From contig JAVBLF010000023.1 in the NCBI GenBank assembly GCA_031553675.1, positions 1,437 through 65,436 on the forward strand: 64,000 nucleotides of DNA, read 5' to 3'. The translations under genes and the position numbers were made by a program. The notes under the pieces are model-generated. The model did not search any database, was not told where the DNA came from, and was given only the letters and a program-made list of their open reading frames with translations. Source of the DNA: Eubacteriales bacterium (GTDB taxonomy: Bacteria > Bacillota > Clostridia > Christensenellales > CALWSW01). Shown piece by piece: positions 1 through 8,981 of the stretch. The first letter of the stretch is position 1, and every line of letters begins with the position of its first letter.

Positions 1-389
1 TCGATGTCGGCGATCTGCTTGGAGTTGTCCTGCGCGGCATCGGAATAGATGATTTCGAATACGTCGCTGTAGGGAGGCTGTGCGGCAGCCATGGCGATCT
101 GGTCGTTCATCGCGACGCGCCACGGTTCGCCGAGGTTGCACTGCGCCATGCCAATCGTGAATTTCTTGCCGGCTTCGGGGGCGGGGGCTTCTGCCGCGGG
201 GGCCTCTGCGGCCGGGGCTTCTTCAGTCGTCGCTTCGGGGGCGGGTGCCTCTTCTTCCGCAGCGGGGGCGGGCGCTTCGGCTTCTGTCTTTGTTTCGGCG
301 GCTGGGGCTTCGCTCTGCGGGGCGCCGCAGCCCGCGAAGAGCGTCAGCGTCATCAACGCGCCGAGCATGAGGGCGATGGTTTTTTTCAT
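1..389 (-). CDS. Sugar ABC transporter substrate-binding lipoprotein, N-terminal part (gene runs off the left window edge)
   Basis: Truncated, so absent from the ORF track. My reverse-strand translation from ATG 389-387 (GGAGGA RBS = rc of 395-400) gives MKKTIALMLGALMTLTLFAGC (lipobox), an Ala/Pro/Glu-rich linker, then KKFTIGMAQCNLGEPWRVAMNDQI, the start of a periplasmic sugar-binding fold. It lies directly downstream of the permease and ATPase genes on the same strand. The + ORF 91..405 is its antisense shadow. Confidence 0.8.
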   Translation of the reverse strand, partial: MKKTIALMLGALMTLTLFAGCGAPQSEAPAAETKTEAEAPAPAAEEEAPAPEATTEEAPAAEAPAAEAPAPEAGKKFTIGMAQCNLGEPWRVAMNDQIAMAAAQPPYSDVFEIIYSDAAQDNSKQIADI

Positions 390-462
390 GGTTGTCCTCC
401 TCTGATTCCTTGCTATAGTAGGGCAGCATGCCCAAAGCGTTCAGCGTTCTCAATTGCTCTCG

Positions 463-1485
463 TCAATCCTTGCTCCGGTCAGCCTGCATGAAGACCGCGA
501 GGATCAGGATCAAGCCTTTGACGATGAGTTGGATGTTCGAGTTGATGCCGTTCAGGCCCATGACGTTGTCGATCAAGCCAAGTATCAATGCGCCGATGAT
601 CGTGCCGCCGATCGTGCCGACGCCGCCCGCCAGACTGGTTCCGCCAATACAGACCGCCGCGACGGCGTTGAGCTCGTAGCCGATGCCGTCGTTGGGGCCG
701 CCCTGATAGACTTGGGCAGCGTGCACCATGCCGGCCAGCGCCGAAAGAACCGAACAGATGACGAACACGATGACCGTCACACGTTCCACCTTGACGCCGG
801 AAAGGTAAGCCGCGCGCTTGTTGCCGCCGGTGGCGTAGAGTTGGCGGCCGAAGCGCGTCTTGGAGAGTACGAGCCAGAAGATCAACGCGATCGCGACGAA
901 GAGGATCGCGGGCACTGGCACCATGCCGCGAATGACGCGCGCTTGCAGCACTTCGAACGCGGGAGGGGCGAGCCCTTCGCCATAGCTGAGCGGGATGCCC
1001 GCGCCGTTCGACCAGATACGCGCCAAACCGCGGGCGATGTTCATCGAAGCGAGTGTGACGAGGAAAGGCTGCATGCGCATTTTGGTGATGACGATGCCAT
1101 TGAAGACGCCATATGCGGCGCCGATGCCGAGGGAAAGAAGCACCGTCGGGAAGAGGCCGAGGTGATTGTGCATCATCAGAGCGGCCGAACCCGTACCGAC
1201 GAGGCCGAGCACAGAGCCGACCGACAAATCAATGCCGCCCAGCAGGATGACCATCGTCATGCCGACGGCGATGATGCCGTTTTCCGAGATGGCGCGCAGC
1301 ACGTTCATGATGTTCGTCGTGCTGAGAAAGAGGTTCTTTCCGTTTTTGACGCAGGCAAAGCTGGCGATGACGAGCATCAAAGCCAAAACGAGTACGCTTT
1401 GGTAGCGTTTGAGCAGCGCGCGGATCGCTCGGATATCCATCGAGGCACCCGCCGCTGTTTGATCGAGTTCAGGCATATTGCGCAT
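463..1485 (-). CDS. Sugar ABC transporter permease (RbsC/AraH type)
   Basis: ORF 463..1530(-). Polytopic hydrophobic protein with GGIDLSVGS, TGGNKRAAYLSGV and IGGTSLAGGVG motifs typical of ribose-type permeases. Start placed at the internal Met (MRNMPELD) that overlaps the upstream ATPase stop; the exact start is uncertain. Confidence 0.85.
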   Translation of the reverse strand: MRNMPELDQTAAGASMDIRAIRALLKRYQSVLVLALMLVIASFACVKNGKNLFLSTTNIMNVLRAISENGIIAVGMTMVILLGGIDLSVGSVLGLVGTGSAALMMHNHLGLFPTVLLSLGIGAAYGVFNGIVITKMRMQPFLVTLASMNIARGLARIWSNGAGIPLSYGEGLAPPAFEVLQARVIRGMVPVPAILFVAIALIFWLVLSKTRFGRQLYATGGNKRAAYLSGVKVERVTVIVFVICSVLSALAGMVHAAQVYQGGPNDGIGYELNAVAAVCIGGTSLAGGVGTIGGTIIGALILGLIDNVMGLNGINSNIQLIVKGLILILAVFMQADRSKD

Positions 1486-2992
1486 TCTCCCTTCGCGTCG
1501 CCGCCCAAAGCAGTTTTTCCTGTGTGACATCCTCGCGCGAGAATTCGCCCGTCATGCGTCCTTCGCAAAACGTGACGATGCGGTCAGAGATGCCGATGAG
1601 CTCCGGCATTTCCGAGCTGACGACGAGTATCGCGATGCCGCTTTTTGCCAGGTCGTTGATGAGCTGGTAGATCTCGGCCTTCGCGCCGACGTCGATGCCG
1701 CGCGTCGGTTCGTCGAGGATGAGCACGCGCGGTTTGGTCAGCGTCCAGCGGCCAAGTACGACCTTTTGCTGGTTGCCGCCCGAGAGCGTGCCAGTGAGCG
1801 TTTGGACGCTCGTCGCCTTGATGCGCAACGCGTCCTTCCGTTCCTTCCAGGCTTTTGCCTCGCTCGCTTCGTCCATGAACCAGCGGGGCGAGAATTGCTT
1901 CAGAAGTGGCAAGGAAATGTTTTCGCCGATCGAACGCTGCAAAACCAATCCCTGGCCTTTGCGGTCTTCCGTTGCGAAGGAGATGCCGAGGCGGATGGCG
2001 TCGCCGGGGGCTTTGATCGCGACGTCTTTGCCGTCCATGCGGACGCGGCCCGTGACGTATTTGGCGTGCGTGCCGAAGAGACATTCGCAAAATTCGCTTC
2101 GCCCTGCGCCCATCAGACCCGCCAGGCCCAGCACCTCGCCTGCGTTGAGCTGGAGCGAGATGCCCTGGAGGGAACGCTGGAAGCTACCGGCCGGCGGCGT
2201 GAAGCAGAGGTTTTCAACCTCCAGCACGGCTGCGCCGACCTGGGGGGCGTCCTTGGGAAAAAGCGCTCCGATGTCGCGACCGACCATGAGCGAGATCAGC
2301 TCTTCCTGAGACGATTCGGACGCGCTGACCGTCTTGATGAATCGGCCATCGCGCAACACGGTGATGCGATCGGCGATCTGGAAGACTTCTTCCATGCGGT
2401 GGGTGATGTAGATGATGCCGACACCCTGCGATTTGAGCTTGCGGATGATCTTGAACAGATGCTCCGTCTCGCCCTTGCTGATGGCAGAGGTCGGTTCATC
2501 CATGATCAGGATTTTCGAATGGAGCATGAGGGCTTTTGCGATTTCGACGAGCTGCTGTTCGCCGACGCGCAAATCCTTGAGCTGACGCCGTGGGTTGATG
2601 TCAAGCTCGAGCTGGGCGAGCGTATCGCGCGCCGTCGCGTTCATTTGCCGGGTTTGCACGATACCCCAACGACTGGGTTCGTGCCCGATGCACATGTTTT
2701 CCGCGACGCTCATGTAGGGCACAAGCTGAAGTTCCTGGTGGATCTTGGCGATCCCCAGCTTTTCCGCGGCAGTGGGGTTTTTGATCGCAGCGCGTTCGCC
2801 GCGCACAAAAATCTCGCCGTCGTAGGAAGCCAGGCCGCCCGAAAGCGCGTTCATCAGCGTCGATTTCCCTGCGCCGTTTTCTCCCATCAGCGCGAGGACT
2901 TCGCCTTCATTCAGATCGATGGACACATCGGAAAGCGCTTGAACGGCGCCAAAATGCTTCGAGATATTCTTCATGCTGAGCAGTTGGGACAA
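1469..2992 (-). CDS. Sugar ABC transporter ATP-binding protein, duplicated ABC cassette (RbsA/MglA type)
   Basis: 507-aa ORF with Walker A GENGAGKST, the signature LSGGNQQKV and a second cassette. The layout is typical of monosaccharide importer ATPases. Confidence 0.9.
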   Translation of the reverse strand: MSQLLSMKNISKHFGAVQALSDVSIDLNEGEVLALMGENGAGKSTLMNALSGGLASYDGEIFVRGERAAIKNPTAAEKLGIAKIHQELQLVPYMSVAENMCIGHEPSRWGIVQTRQMNATARDTLAQLELDINPRRQLKDLRVGEQQLVEIAKALMLHSKILIMDEPTSAISKGETEHLFKIIRKLKSQGVGIIYITHRMEEVFQIADRITVLRDGRFIKTVSASESSQEELISLMVGRDIGALFPKDAPQVGAAVLEVENLCFTPPAGSFQRSLQGISLQLNAGEVLGLAGLMGAGRSEFCECLFGTHAKYVTGRVRMDGKDVAIKAPGDAIRLGISFATEDRKGQGLVLQRSIGENISLPLLKQFSPRWFMDEASEAKAWKERKDALRIKATSVQTLTGTLSGGNQQKVVLGRWTLTKPRVLILDEPTRGIDVGAKAEIYQLINDLAKSGIAILVVSSEMPELIGISDRIVTFCEGRMTGEFSREDVTQEKLLWAATRRENAQYA

Positions 2993-3318
2993 GGGGTTCG
3001 CCTCCCGCCGTTTTGGGGATTCTTTTTTTAACGATTTGCGTTATGAGTATACGTCATTTTTGCCATTCTGTCTTTTCAAAAATCAGCTAAGTATGTATAA
3101 AATCAATGCTTCCCATGCTATCGAGCGCGGCTGCGATCGGTCGGCGAAGAAAGGGCGAAGCCAAACGGACAGCTTGTATTTCAGCACTGCAGCACTTCAT
3201 GGCATTGCAAATTTGTGATATACTGCACGCAAAGGCGCACAATCAAATAAGGTGGGAAAATGCCGCCTTGGCTTGATTCGAGGAGAAGTACGGGACGCAA
3301 AACCGGGAGGTGAACACG

Positions 3319-3897
3319 GTGAAACGATGGATATGCGCACTCTTGGCGCTCGTCATGGCGCTCGGCACGGGGGCCGGTCTCGCGGCGAACAAGGCAAAAA
3401 AGCCTGCAAAAATCGGAAAAAACGACTTCGCGATCGCCATCCGCGAAAAGCAGGATGCGCCCAAGATCGACCTGTTGACGCACAACTTGAAGGACATCGA
3501 GAAAATCAGCGGCAACGTTTTTGAAGAGGCGAACAAATGGGACGACGACGAACCTGAAGGGCTGCTCGCGATCTCCGAGTGGGAGGCGACATTTTACACG
3601 GCACCCGGCCTCAATTACGTGTTCTGGGCGAAACTCACCCGCTACGGCGCGACGGCGCGCGGGGTGCGGATGGGGGAAGCATGGAGCAAGGTGCGCGCGA
3701 CCTACGGCAAACCGACCGAAAGTTATGCGATTGACGACTGCCAGATTTACACCTACTACGTCGGTACGTTTACGCCCATGAGCGACGCCGCGCTCAACAA
3801 GAAGCGCCCCGTGGATTTTTACTGGTTGCGCTTCGTCAGCGACGCGAAGAAAAAGACGATCGAAGAGATCCACATCGAGCGGATCCCCGGCGAGTGA
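3319..3897 (+). CDS. Secreted hypothetical protein, paralogue 1 of 3
   Basis: ORF 3310..3897. GTG at 3319 lies 9 nt after GGGAGG. The N-terminus MKRWICALLALVMALGTGAGLAA looks like a signal peptide. The C-terminal region shares a motif with the next two genes (ARGVRMGEAWSKVRATYG). Confidence 0.6.
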   Translation: MKRWICALLALVMALGTGAGLAANKAKKPAKIGKNDFAIAIREKQDAPKIDLLTHNLKDIEKISGNVFEEANKWDDDEPEGLLAISEWEATFYTAPGLNYVFWAKLTRYGATARGVRMGEAWSKVRATYGKPTESYAIDDCQIYTYYVGTFTPMSDAALNKKRPVDFYWLRFVSDAKKKTIEEIHIERIPGE

Positions 3898-4094
3898 GGC
3901 ATTCAGAGAAACGAGAAGCGCAGACGTTCAACGCGAGCATCCGGGCTTCAAGACTAAGAGCCGGTCAAGTATCTCCACTTTGCGCCTTTTTGTCGGGATT
4001 TCTGCCATGCTTTGTCATCGCCTGACAAAAACCCCGCGCAAAAATCGATCAAAGGCGAGATACCAAACAGGCTCTAAGAGAAAGGGGCGCTTTC

Positions 4095-4721
4095 ATGAAA
4101 CGACTTTGCCGACGCGTGGCTGTGTCTTCGGCCCTGCTTGCGTTTGCCCTATCGACCGTCATGTCTTTTGGCGCGGTGACGCAGAGCACGAAGGTATTTA
4201 CCGCCGCTGACGTTTCGGCCATGTTCAAGGAATTCGATGCGCAGTCGGATCCACAAGGCCGCAACCAATACAAAGTACCCGATTACTACACCATCATCGC
4301 CACATTCGGCAAACCACTGTCCCGAAAGGTGTACGATGAGCGGTACGAGCTGCGCTATCCGTTCGGGCTTTTCCGGGTGTATACGACCTGGGATTCCATG
4401 GAACTCACCATCGAAAACGATCAGCTTGTCGGACCGCGCGGCACGAAAGTGGGGGATTCGTTCAAAGACGTGATCACGCGCTTTCGGGATACGCGGAAAA
4501 ACAAATCGATCGCGCTGTCGAAGAAATATCCCGAGATCATCCTGTATGAACAGGGCGAAAACCCCCGCTATACCGCCAGCCTATGGCTCAGCGATTCCAA
4601 CCTGGGCTTTATCGACTATTGCCAGACCAACGAATTGCCCATGATTTGCCGCGTGCTCTATTGCTTGGATGCGAAGCAAAACGTCAAAGAAATCCGGATC
4701 GAAATCGAGAGCCTGGGTTGA
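4095..4721 (+). CDS. Secreted hypothetical protein, paralogue 2 of 3
   Basis: ATG preceded by AAAGGGG. Signal-peptide-like N-terminus MKRLCRRVAVSSALLAFALSTVMSFGA. Contains the motif LVGPRGTKVGDSFKDVITRFRD, shared with 4823..5512. Confidence 0.65.
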   Translation: MKRLCRRVAVSSALLAFALSTVMSFGAVTQSTKVFTAADVSAMFKEFDAQSDPQGRNQYKVPDYYTIIATFGKPLSRKVYDERYELRYPFGLFRVYTTWDSMELTIENDQLVGPRGTKVGDSFKDVITRFRDTRKNKSIALSKKYPEIILYEQGENPRYTASLWLSDSNLGFIDYCQTNELPMICRVLYCLDAKQNVKEIRIEIESLG

Positions 4722-4822
4722 GCCGGTTCGCGTGAAGCAGCTTGATGCGCGGATCGGCCTCACTACTTGACATGTGGCGTGTGTTGCTCGCCATGTGCCG
4801 ATCTCGAACAGGAGGTGGTCAG

Positions 4823-5512
4823 ATGAAAAGCTTGCGTACAAGCCGGTTACGTGTTCGCGCGATCGCGCTCTTCATATGCCTGCTGGTCGGCGCGGTTTCC
4901 GGATCGCAAAGCGCCTCTCTCGCCGCGGCGCAAAGCCAATCGATGTTTACACTCAACGACTTCAAGTACTTCGAGGGCGTCACGATGGTGAAGCAAACGA
5001 AGTCGTCTGCGACTTTCACCAAGCCCACAGAGAAGCTCTGCACGAAGCATTTCGGCAAAGCACAAAAACGCAGCGCAACGAAAAAAGTCGTCACGCTGAG
5101 CTACGCCTTTGGCACGGCGCGCATCTATCCCGCGAACGGTGTACACGACGCGGATTTCGTGTTGACCATCAAAAACGCAAAGCTCCCCGGACCGCGTGGC
5201 CTCCGCGTGGGCGACAGCTACCAAAAGGTCTTGGCCGCCTTTCGCAACGACAGGGCCGGGAAGTCACTCCAAAACGGTGACGAAACCGCGGATCTGTATT
5301 ACGTGGAAACGGTCTTTGCCGAGACAGAATGCGCTGTGCGATCGGGGTTCGTGACCTTCGACGAAAAGGGCAAGACATGGACTGCGATCACCTATCTGCA
5401 CGACTACGGCGAAGACAACTGGGGTTTGCTTCGCTTTGCGATTCGGGACGAGAAAGTCGCGTCGATCGAATGGCAATTCAAGGTCAGCTCGGAAAGGCTG
5501 CCCATCGATTGA
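4823..5512 (+). CDS. Secreted hypothetical protein, paralogue 3 of 3
   Basis: ORF 4742..5512. The internal ATG at 4823 follows AGGAGG with 6-nt spacing. Signal-like MKSLRTSRLRVRAIALFICLLVGAVSG. Contains the motif LPGPRGLRVGDSYQKVLAAFRND. Confidence 0.65.
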   Translation: MKSLRTSRLRVRAIALFICLLVGAVSGSQSASLAAAQSQSMFTLNDFKYFEGVTMVKQTKSSATFTKPTEKLCTKHFGKAQKRSATKKVVTLSYAFGTARIYPANGVHDADFVLTIKNAKLPGPRGLRVGDSYQKVLAAFRNDRAGKSLQNGDETADLYYVETVFAETECAVRSGFVTFDEKGKTWTAITYLHDYGEDNWGLLRFAIRDEKVASIEWQFKVSSERLPID

Positions 5513-5530
5513 GATCCTAGCCGGTGTACG

Positions 5531-5564
5531 AAAACACCCCGTCGTTCCAAACGGGGTGTTTTTG
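5531..5564 (+). terminator. Rho-independent terminator after the paralogue cluster
   Basis: AAAACACCCCGT / ACGGGGTGTTTT stem followed by a T-run. Confidence 0.75.
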
Positions 5565-5681
5565 CATTTTCTGCCTTGCAAGCCCCGCACGCGCAACGGC
5601 AGGGCTTGTTGACGTGCGAAAACAATGTCAAACGCGCTTGCATATGGTATAGATATAGAATTACGTTGAGGGGGTTCATAT

Positions 5682-7235
5682 ATGGAACACGTTTCGCGTG
5701 TTGCCTTCGCCCGAACGACAGGCGAGGCGAAAACACAGGAAATACACGACATGATCGACAAGGCAATCCATCAGATATTCCCAAGTGCTGGATTGCGCGA
5801 ACTGATCCGCCCAGGGGACAAGGTCGTGCTGAAAGTCAACATCGTCGGCCCTGCCATGGGTGCGCGCGGTGAAAAAGGCCGCGGCATCATCACGGATCCG
5901 CGGATCGTCCGCTACGTCGCCGAACGCGTGCGAGAAATCATCGGCTATGAAGGCAGCTCCGAGCTGATCGTCGCCGACGCTTGCATGCACAGAGCGCCCA
6001 ACCCTTCGCCCAAATCGATCGAAACCGGCTTCCATTGGGCGCGTTTGGAGCAGACCGGCGACAACGCTGTGGACGAAGCGGATGTCTGTTACGATTTCGA
6101 TGCGGATGGCATTTTGGATGGAGGGTCAAATGCCAAACTGGTCAACCTTGACGCGCTCGGCGAAAGTGGCCGCCAACTGTTTCGGGTCGCGATGCCCGAC
6201 GGCCACGTCGAAAAGGTCGCCTTCCCGAAACTCCTGCGGACCAAAGAACAGGCGGCGGAAACGGACACGCCGGAGCAGTATTGCGATGTGCTGATCGGGC
6301 TTCCGATCTTCAAAAGCCACGGCTTGCAAGGGATCACCGGTGCGCTGAAACTGCATTACGGCATCCGAAGCATGTACAGCGTCCTGGGCGATACCGGCCG
6401 CTTTGGGCACAGCGGGATGTACTACGACGAAAAGGGCCTGCATCACAGCAAAAATCTTCGGGATTACCTTTGCGCCATGCACAAGGTCAGAAGCTACGAC
6501 TTTTCCATCATGGATTGCCTGACAGCCAACCGCAAAGGCCCGACACTGCCCATCGGTGGCGTGTACCACATTTCCAATCCCGATCAGAAAGCCGACTATA
6601 TCCTCACGAACGCGATCATGGCTTCCCGCGACCCCGTCGCGATGGATACCATAGAAGCGGCGTTCGCCGGTTACGAGCGCGCGTCGATCCCCATGCTGGA
6701 AGCCGCTGTCCGAAACGGTCTCGGACAAAGCGATCCGTCCCGCATCGTCCTATTGACGCAGGAGTTGTTTTCACTGCAAAGAATGCTGTTGCTCGAACAG
6801 TATGGGCGGGACAAATACCCGCTCGAAGATGGATGGGGGCGGGCGCGCGTCATGGCTGAGCTGAGACCGCAATACGGGGTCGATGTTTCGTATCCGCAAA
6901 AGATAGGGAGCGACCGGTATTCGATTCACTATCGAATCGTGCGCCAGCCGCCGGAAACGGAAGACTGGGCCGACGAACCGTGCGACGAAGCTCCCGACAA
7001 GGGATCCTTCGCGCGACCCATTGTGCGGGTGGACTGCACGGTGAGCGGGGTTTCGATAGGATCGAAGTTGGATTGCGGTATCGAACGCGGGGAATTCATC
7101 CTCGACCTCAACGAGCACAGCGATCTCAGGAACACCAGTCTGGTGTGGGAGATCTTCGCGTGGGACGATATCTTCAACTGTGTCGCATCCATCGAGCGTT
7201 TCGTGATCGATTCGCCCCAATCCGGAACAATTTGA
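5682..7235 (+). CDS. DUF362-like protein with a long C-terminal extension
   Basis: The N-terminal segment (IRPGDKVVLKVNIVGP ... ITDPRIV) resembles the DUF362 family as I remember it. The last ~130 aa have no family I recognise. No signal peptide is evident. Confidence 0.5.
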   Translation: MEHVSRVAFARTTGEAKTQEIHDMIDKAIHQIFPSAGLRELIRPGDKVVLKVNIVGPAMGARGEKGRGIITDPRIVRYVAERVREIIGYEGSSELIVADACMHRAPNPSPKSIETGFHWARLEQTGDNAVDEADVCYDFDADGILDGGSNAKLVNLDALGESGRQLFRVAMPDGHVEKVAFPKLLRTKEQAAETDTPEQYCDVLIGLPIFKSHGLQGITGALKLHYGIRSMYSVLGDTGRFGHSGMYYDEKGLHHSKNLRDYLCAMHKVRSYDFSIMDCLTANRKGPTLPIGGVYHISNPDQKADYILTNAIMASRDPVAMDTIEAAFAGYERASIPMLEAAVRNGLGQSDPSRIVLLTQELFSLQRMLLLEQYGRDKYPLEDGWGRARVMAELRPQYGVDVSYPQKIGSDRYSIHYRIVRQPPETEDWADEPCDEAPDKGSFARPIVRVDCTVSGVSIGSKLDCGIERGEFILDLNEHSDLRNTSLVWEIFAWDDIFNCVASIERFVIDSPQSGTI

Positions 7236-7293
7236 TTCCTCACGGGGGTTGGCGTGATATACTTGTGAGAACAAGCAGAAATGGAGCGCAACC

Positions 7294-8040
7294 ATGACGA
7301 CGGAGGAACGCCGCAGACGCATCGCGCGGCTATTGATCGATGCGGGTCGGGTACAGGTGGGCGATTTGTCGATGCGCTTTGGCGTTTCGTGCGAGACGAT
7401 ACGGAAGGATTTGATCGCGCTGGATCGGCAAGGTTTGGCGAAAAAGGAGCACGGCGGGGCGAGCGCGCCGGGGGCCGGCCGCGACGCGATTCCCGAAAGA
7501 GGGGAGGGGGAGGCGTCGCTCTGCATCGTCGAAAAGGCATGTGAGTACATGCCTGCAAGCGGCATCGTGATGCTAGGCGGCGGACCGCTGTGTACACTTT
7601 TGGCGCAACGGATCGAAGCGGAGCAGGGCCTCCATGTGCTGACCGATTCGCTCGACATCGGACTGCTCTTGATCGAACGCGGCGTTCAGACTTCGATTCT
7701 GGGAGGCGAGCTTTTGCCGGGGAGTCGAAGTGTCGGAGGGCTATGGGCGTGCGAAAGCCTGTCGCGCGTGCGAGCGGAGGTGTCGTTTTTGCCGACCGGC
7801 GCTTTTGTGGGGCGGAATGGTCCCTGCGCCGACACGTTTGCACAAGCCCTCGTCGCGCACGGCATGCTGTCGGGCGCCCACAAAAGCTTCGTGCTGGCGG
7901 ACGGCGTTTCGTCGCGCCGCATTGCGCCGATCGAGTACGCGAGCTGGGAAGAAGTGGGCTGCCTGATCGTCGATTCGAGCGCCGACACCGCGTGTTTGGA
8001 CGCTTTGATCGGCCGTACCGAAGTCCAGATCGCGTATTGA
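7294..8040 (+). CDS. DeoR/GlpR-family transcriptional regulator
   Basis: N-terminal HTH (RRRIARLLIDAGRVQVGDLSMRFGVSCETIRKDLIALD) followed by a DeoR-C-like sugar-phosphate-binding part. Confidence 0.8.
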   Translation: MTTEERRRRIARLLIDAGRVQVGDLSMRFGVSCETIRKDLIALDRQGLAKKEHGGASAPGAGRDAIPERGEGEASLCIVEKACEYMPASGIVMLGGGPLCTLLAQRIEAEQGLHVLTDSLDIGLLLIERGVQTSILGGELLPGSRSVGGLWACESLSRVRAEVSFLPTGAFVGRNGPCADTFAQALVAHGMLSGAHKSFVLADGVSSRRIAPIEYASWEEVGCLIVDSSADTACLDALIGRTEVQIAY

Positions 8041-8051
8041 AGGAGACGGCG

Positions 8052-8849
8052 ATGCATCGGCACACGTATGGGCAAAGCAAGCCGACGATGGGGCGGCGTG
8101 TCGCGCTGATCGCGGTGGGCTCGCTTTTGATCGCGGACACGCTCTACGCAGCGGCGAAGATCAGCATGAACGTCGGCGTGATCCTTCCGGCGTTGATCGG
8201 CTTGCCGCTGCTCGCGATCGGCGCGATCTATCCATTTTGGCAGCAGTGGACAGCCCGCTCCGTCGGCCGCGCGTTGAAGTGGGCAATCGCGCTGGCATAC
8301 GGGGCATTTGGGGCGCTTTTTTTGCTGACCGGCGCGTTGATGCTCGGCTCGGCAGTGGCGTTGCCGTCCGCGGGGGCCGATGCGGTCATCGTGTTGGGCT
8401 GCGCACTTCGGGGCTATGCGCCATCCGCGCTGCTGCAATACCGTTGCGACGCGGCAGCAGCCTACCTGCGTGACAGCCCCGATGCGATCGCCGTGGTGTC
8501 GGGCGGGCAGGGGCGGGGCGAAATGCGCTCGGAAGCCTCCGCTATGGCGGAAGCGCTCGCGCTAGCGGGCATCGAGCCGTCGCGGATCGTCCAGGAAGCC
8601 GCTTCGACCTCGACGGAGGAAAACTTCGACTTGAGCGTCCCCCTCCTCGAAGCGCGACTGGGAAAGAAGGCGACGGATTGCCGCATCGTCTACGTCACAA
8701 GCGGCTTTCACGTCTACCGCGCCGGGTACGTCGCCAAGCGCCTGGGCTTGCGCGCCGAAGGGCTGGCCGCGCGGTCCAACCCGCAGTTCTTGCTCAATCA
8801 CGTTTTGCGCGAGTGCGTCGTGATCGTCGTGGCTTGGCTGAAAGGCTGA
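8052..8849 (+). CDS. YdcF/ElyC-family (DUF218) membrane-anchored protein
   Basis: ORF 7590..8849. The ATG at 8052 follows AGGAGA. N-terminal TM segments, then the DUF218 hallmarks VIVLGCAL, VVSGGQG, STSTEEN and VTSGFHVYRA. Confidence 0.75.
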   Translation: MHRHTYGQSKPTMGRRVALIAVGSLLIADTLYAAAKISMNVGVILPALIGLPLLAIGAIYPFWQQWTARSVGRALKWAIALAYGAFGALFLLTGALMLGSAVALPSAGADAVIVLGCALRGYAPSALLQYRCDAAAAYLRDSPDAIAVVSGGQGRGEMRSEASAMAEALALAGIEPSRIVQEAASTSTEENFDLSVPLLEARLGKKATDCRIVYVTSGFHVYRAGYVAKRLGLRAEGLAARSNPQFLLNHVLRECVVIVVAWLKG

Positions 8850-8981
8850 CGATCGCATTTTAAGAATTCCAAATATTTCGCAACTTTGTCGCAAAATTTT
8901 ACCTGTTCGTCCATGGATCGTCATGTAAACTGTTTTCGTGGGCGGTTCGGATCGCGCTGCGTAGGATCGGGGGAAAGAGGC

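Noticed and set aside
91-405. + strand ORF with (GAS)n/(AGAS)n low-complexity repeats
   Set aside because: It is the antisense reading of the Ala/Pro/Glu-rich linker of the truncated binding-protein lipoprotein on the minus strand. The minus-strand reading has an RBS, a lipobox and a fold-like continuation.
3980-4273. Small ORFs in the spacer before paralogue 2 (3980..4210 +, 4049..4273 -)
   Set aside because: They have no RBS and overlap the well-supported 4095..4721 gene in other frames. The composition is Arg/Cys-rich and atypical.
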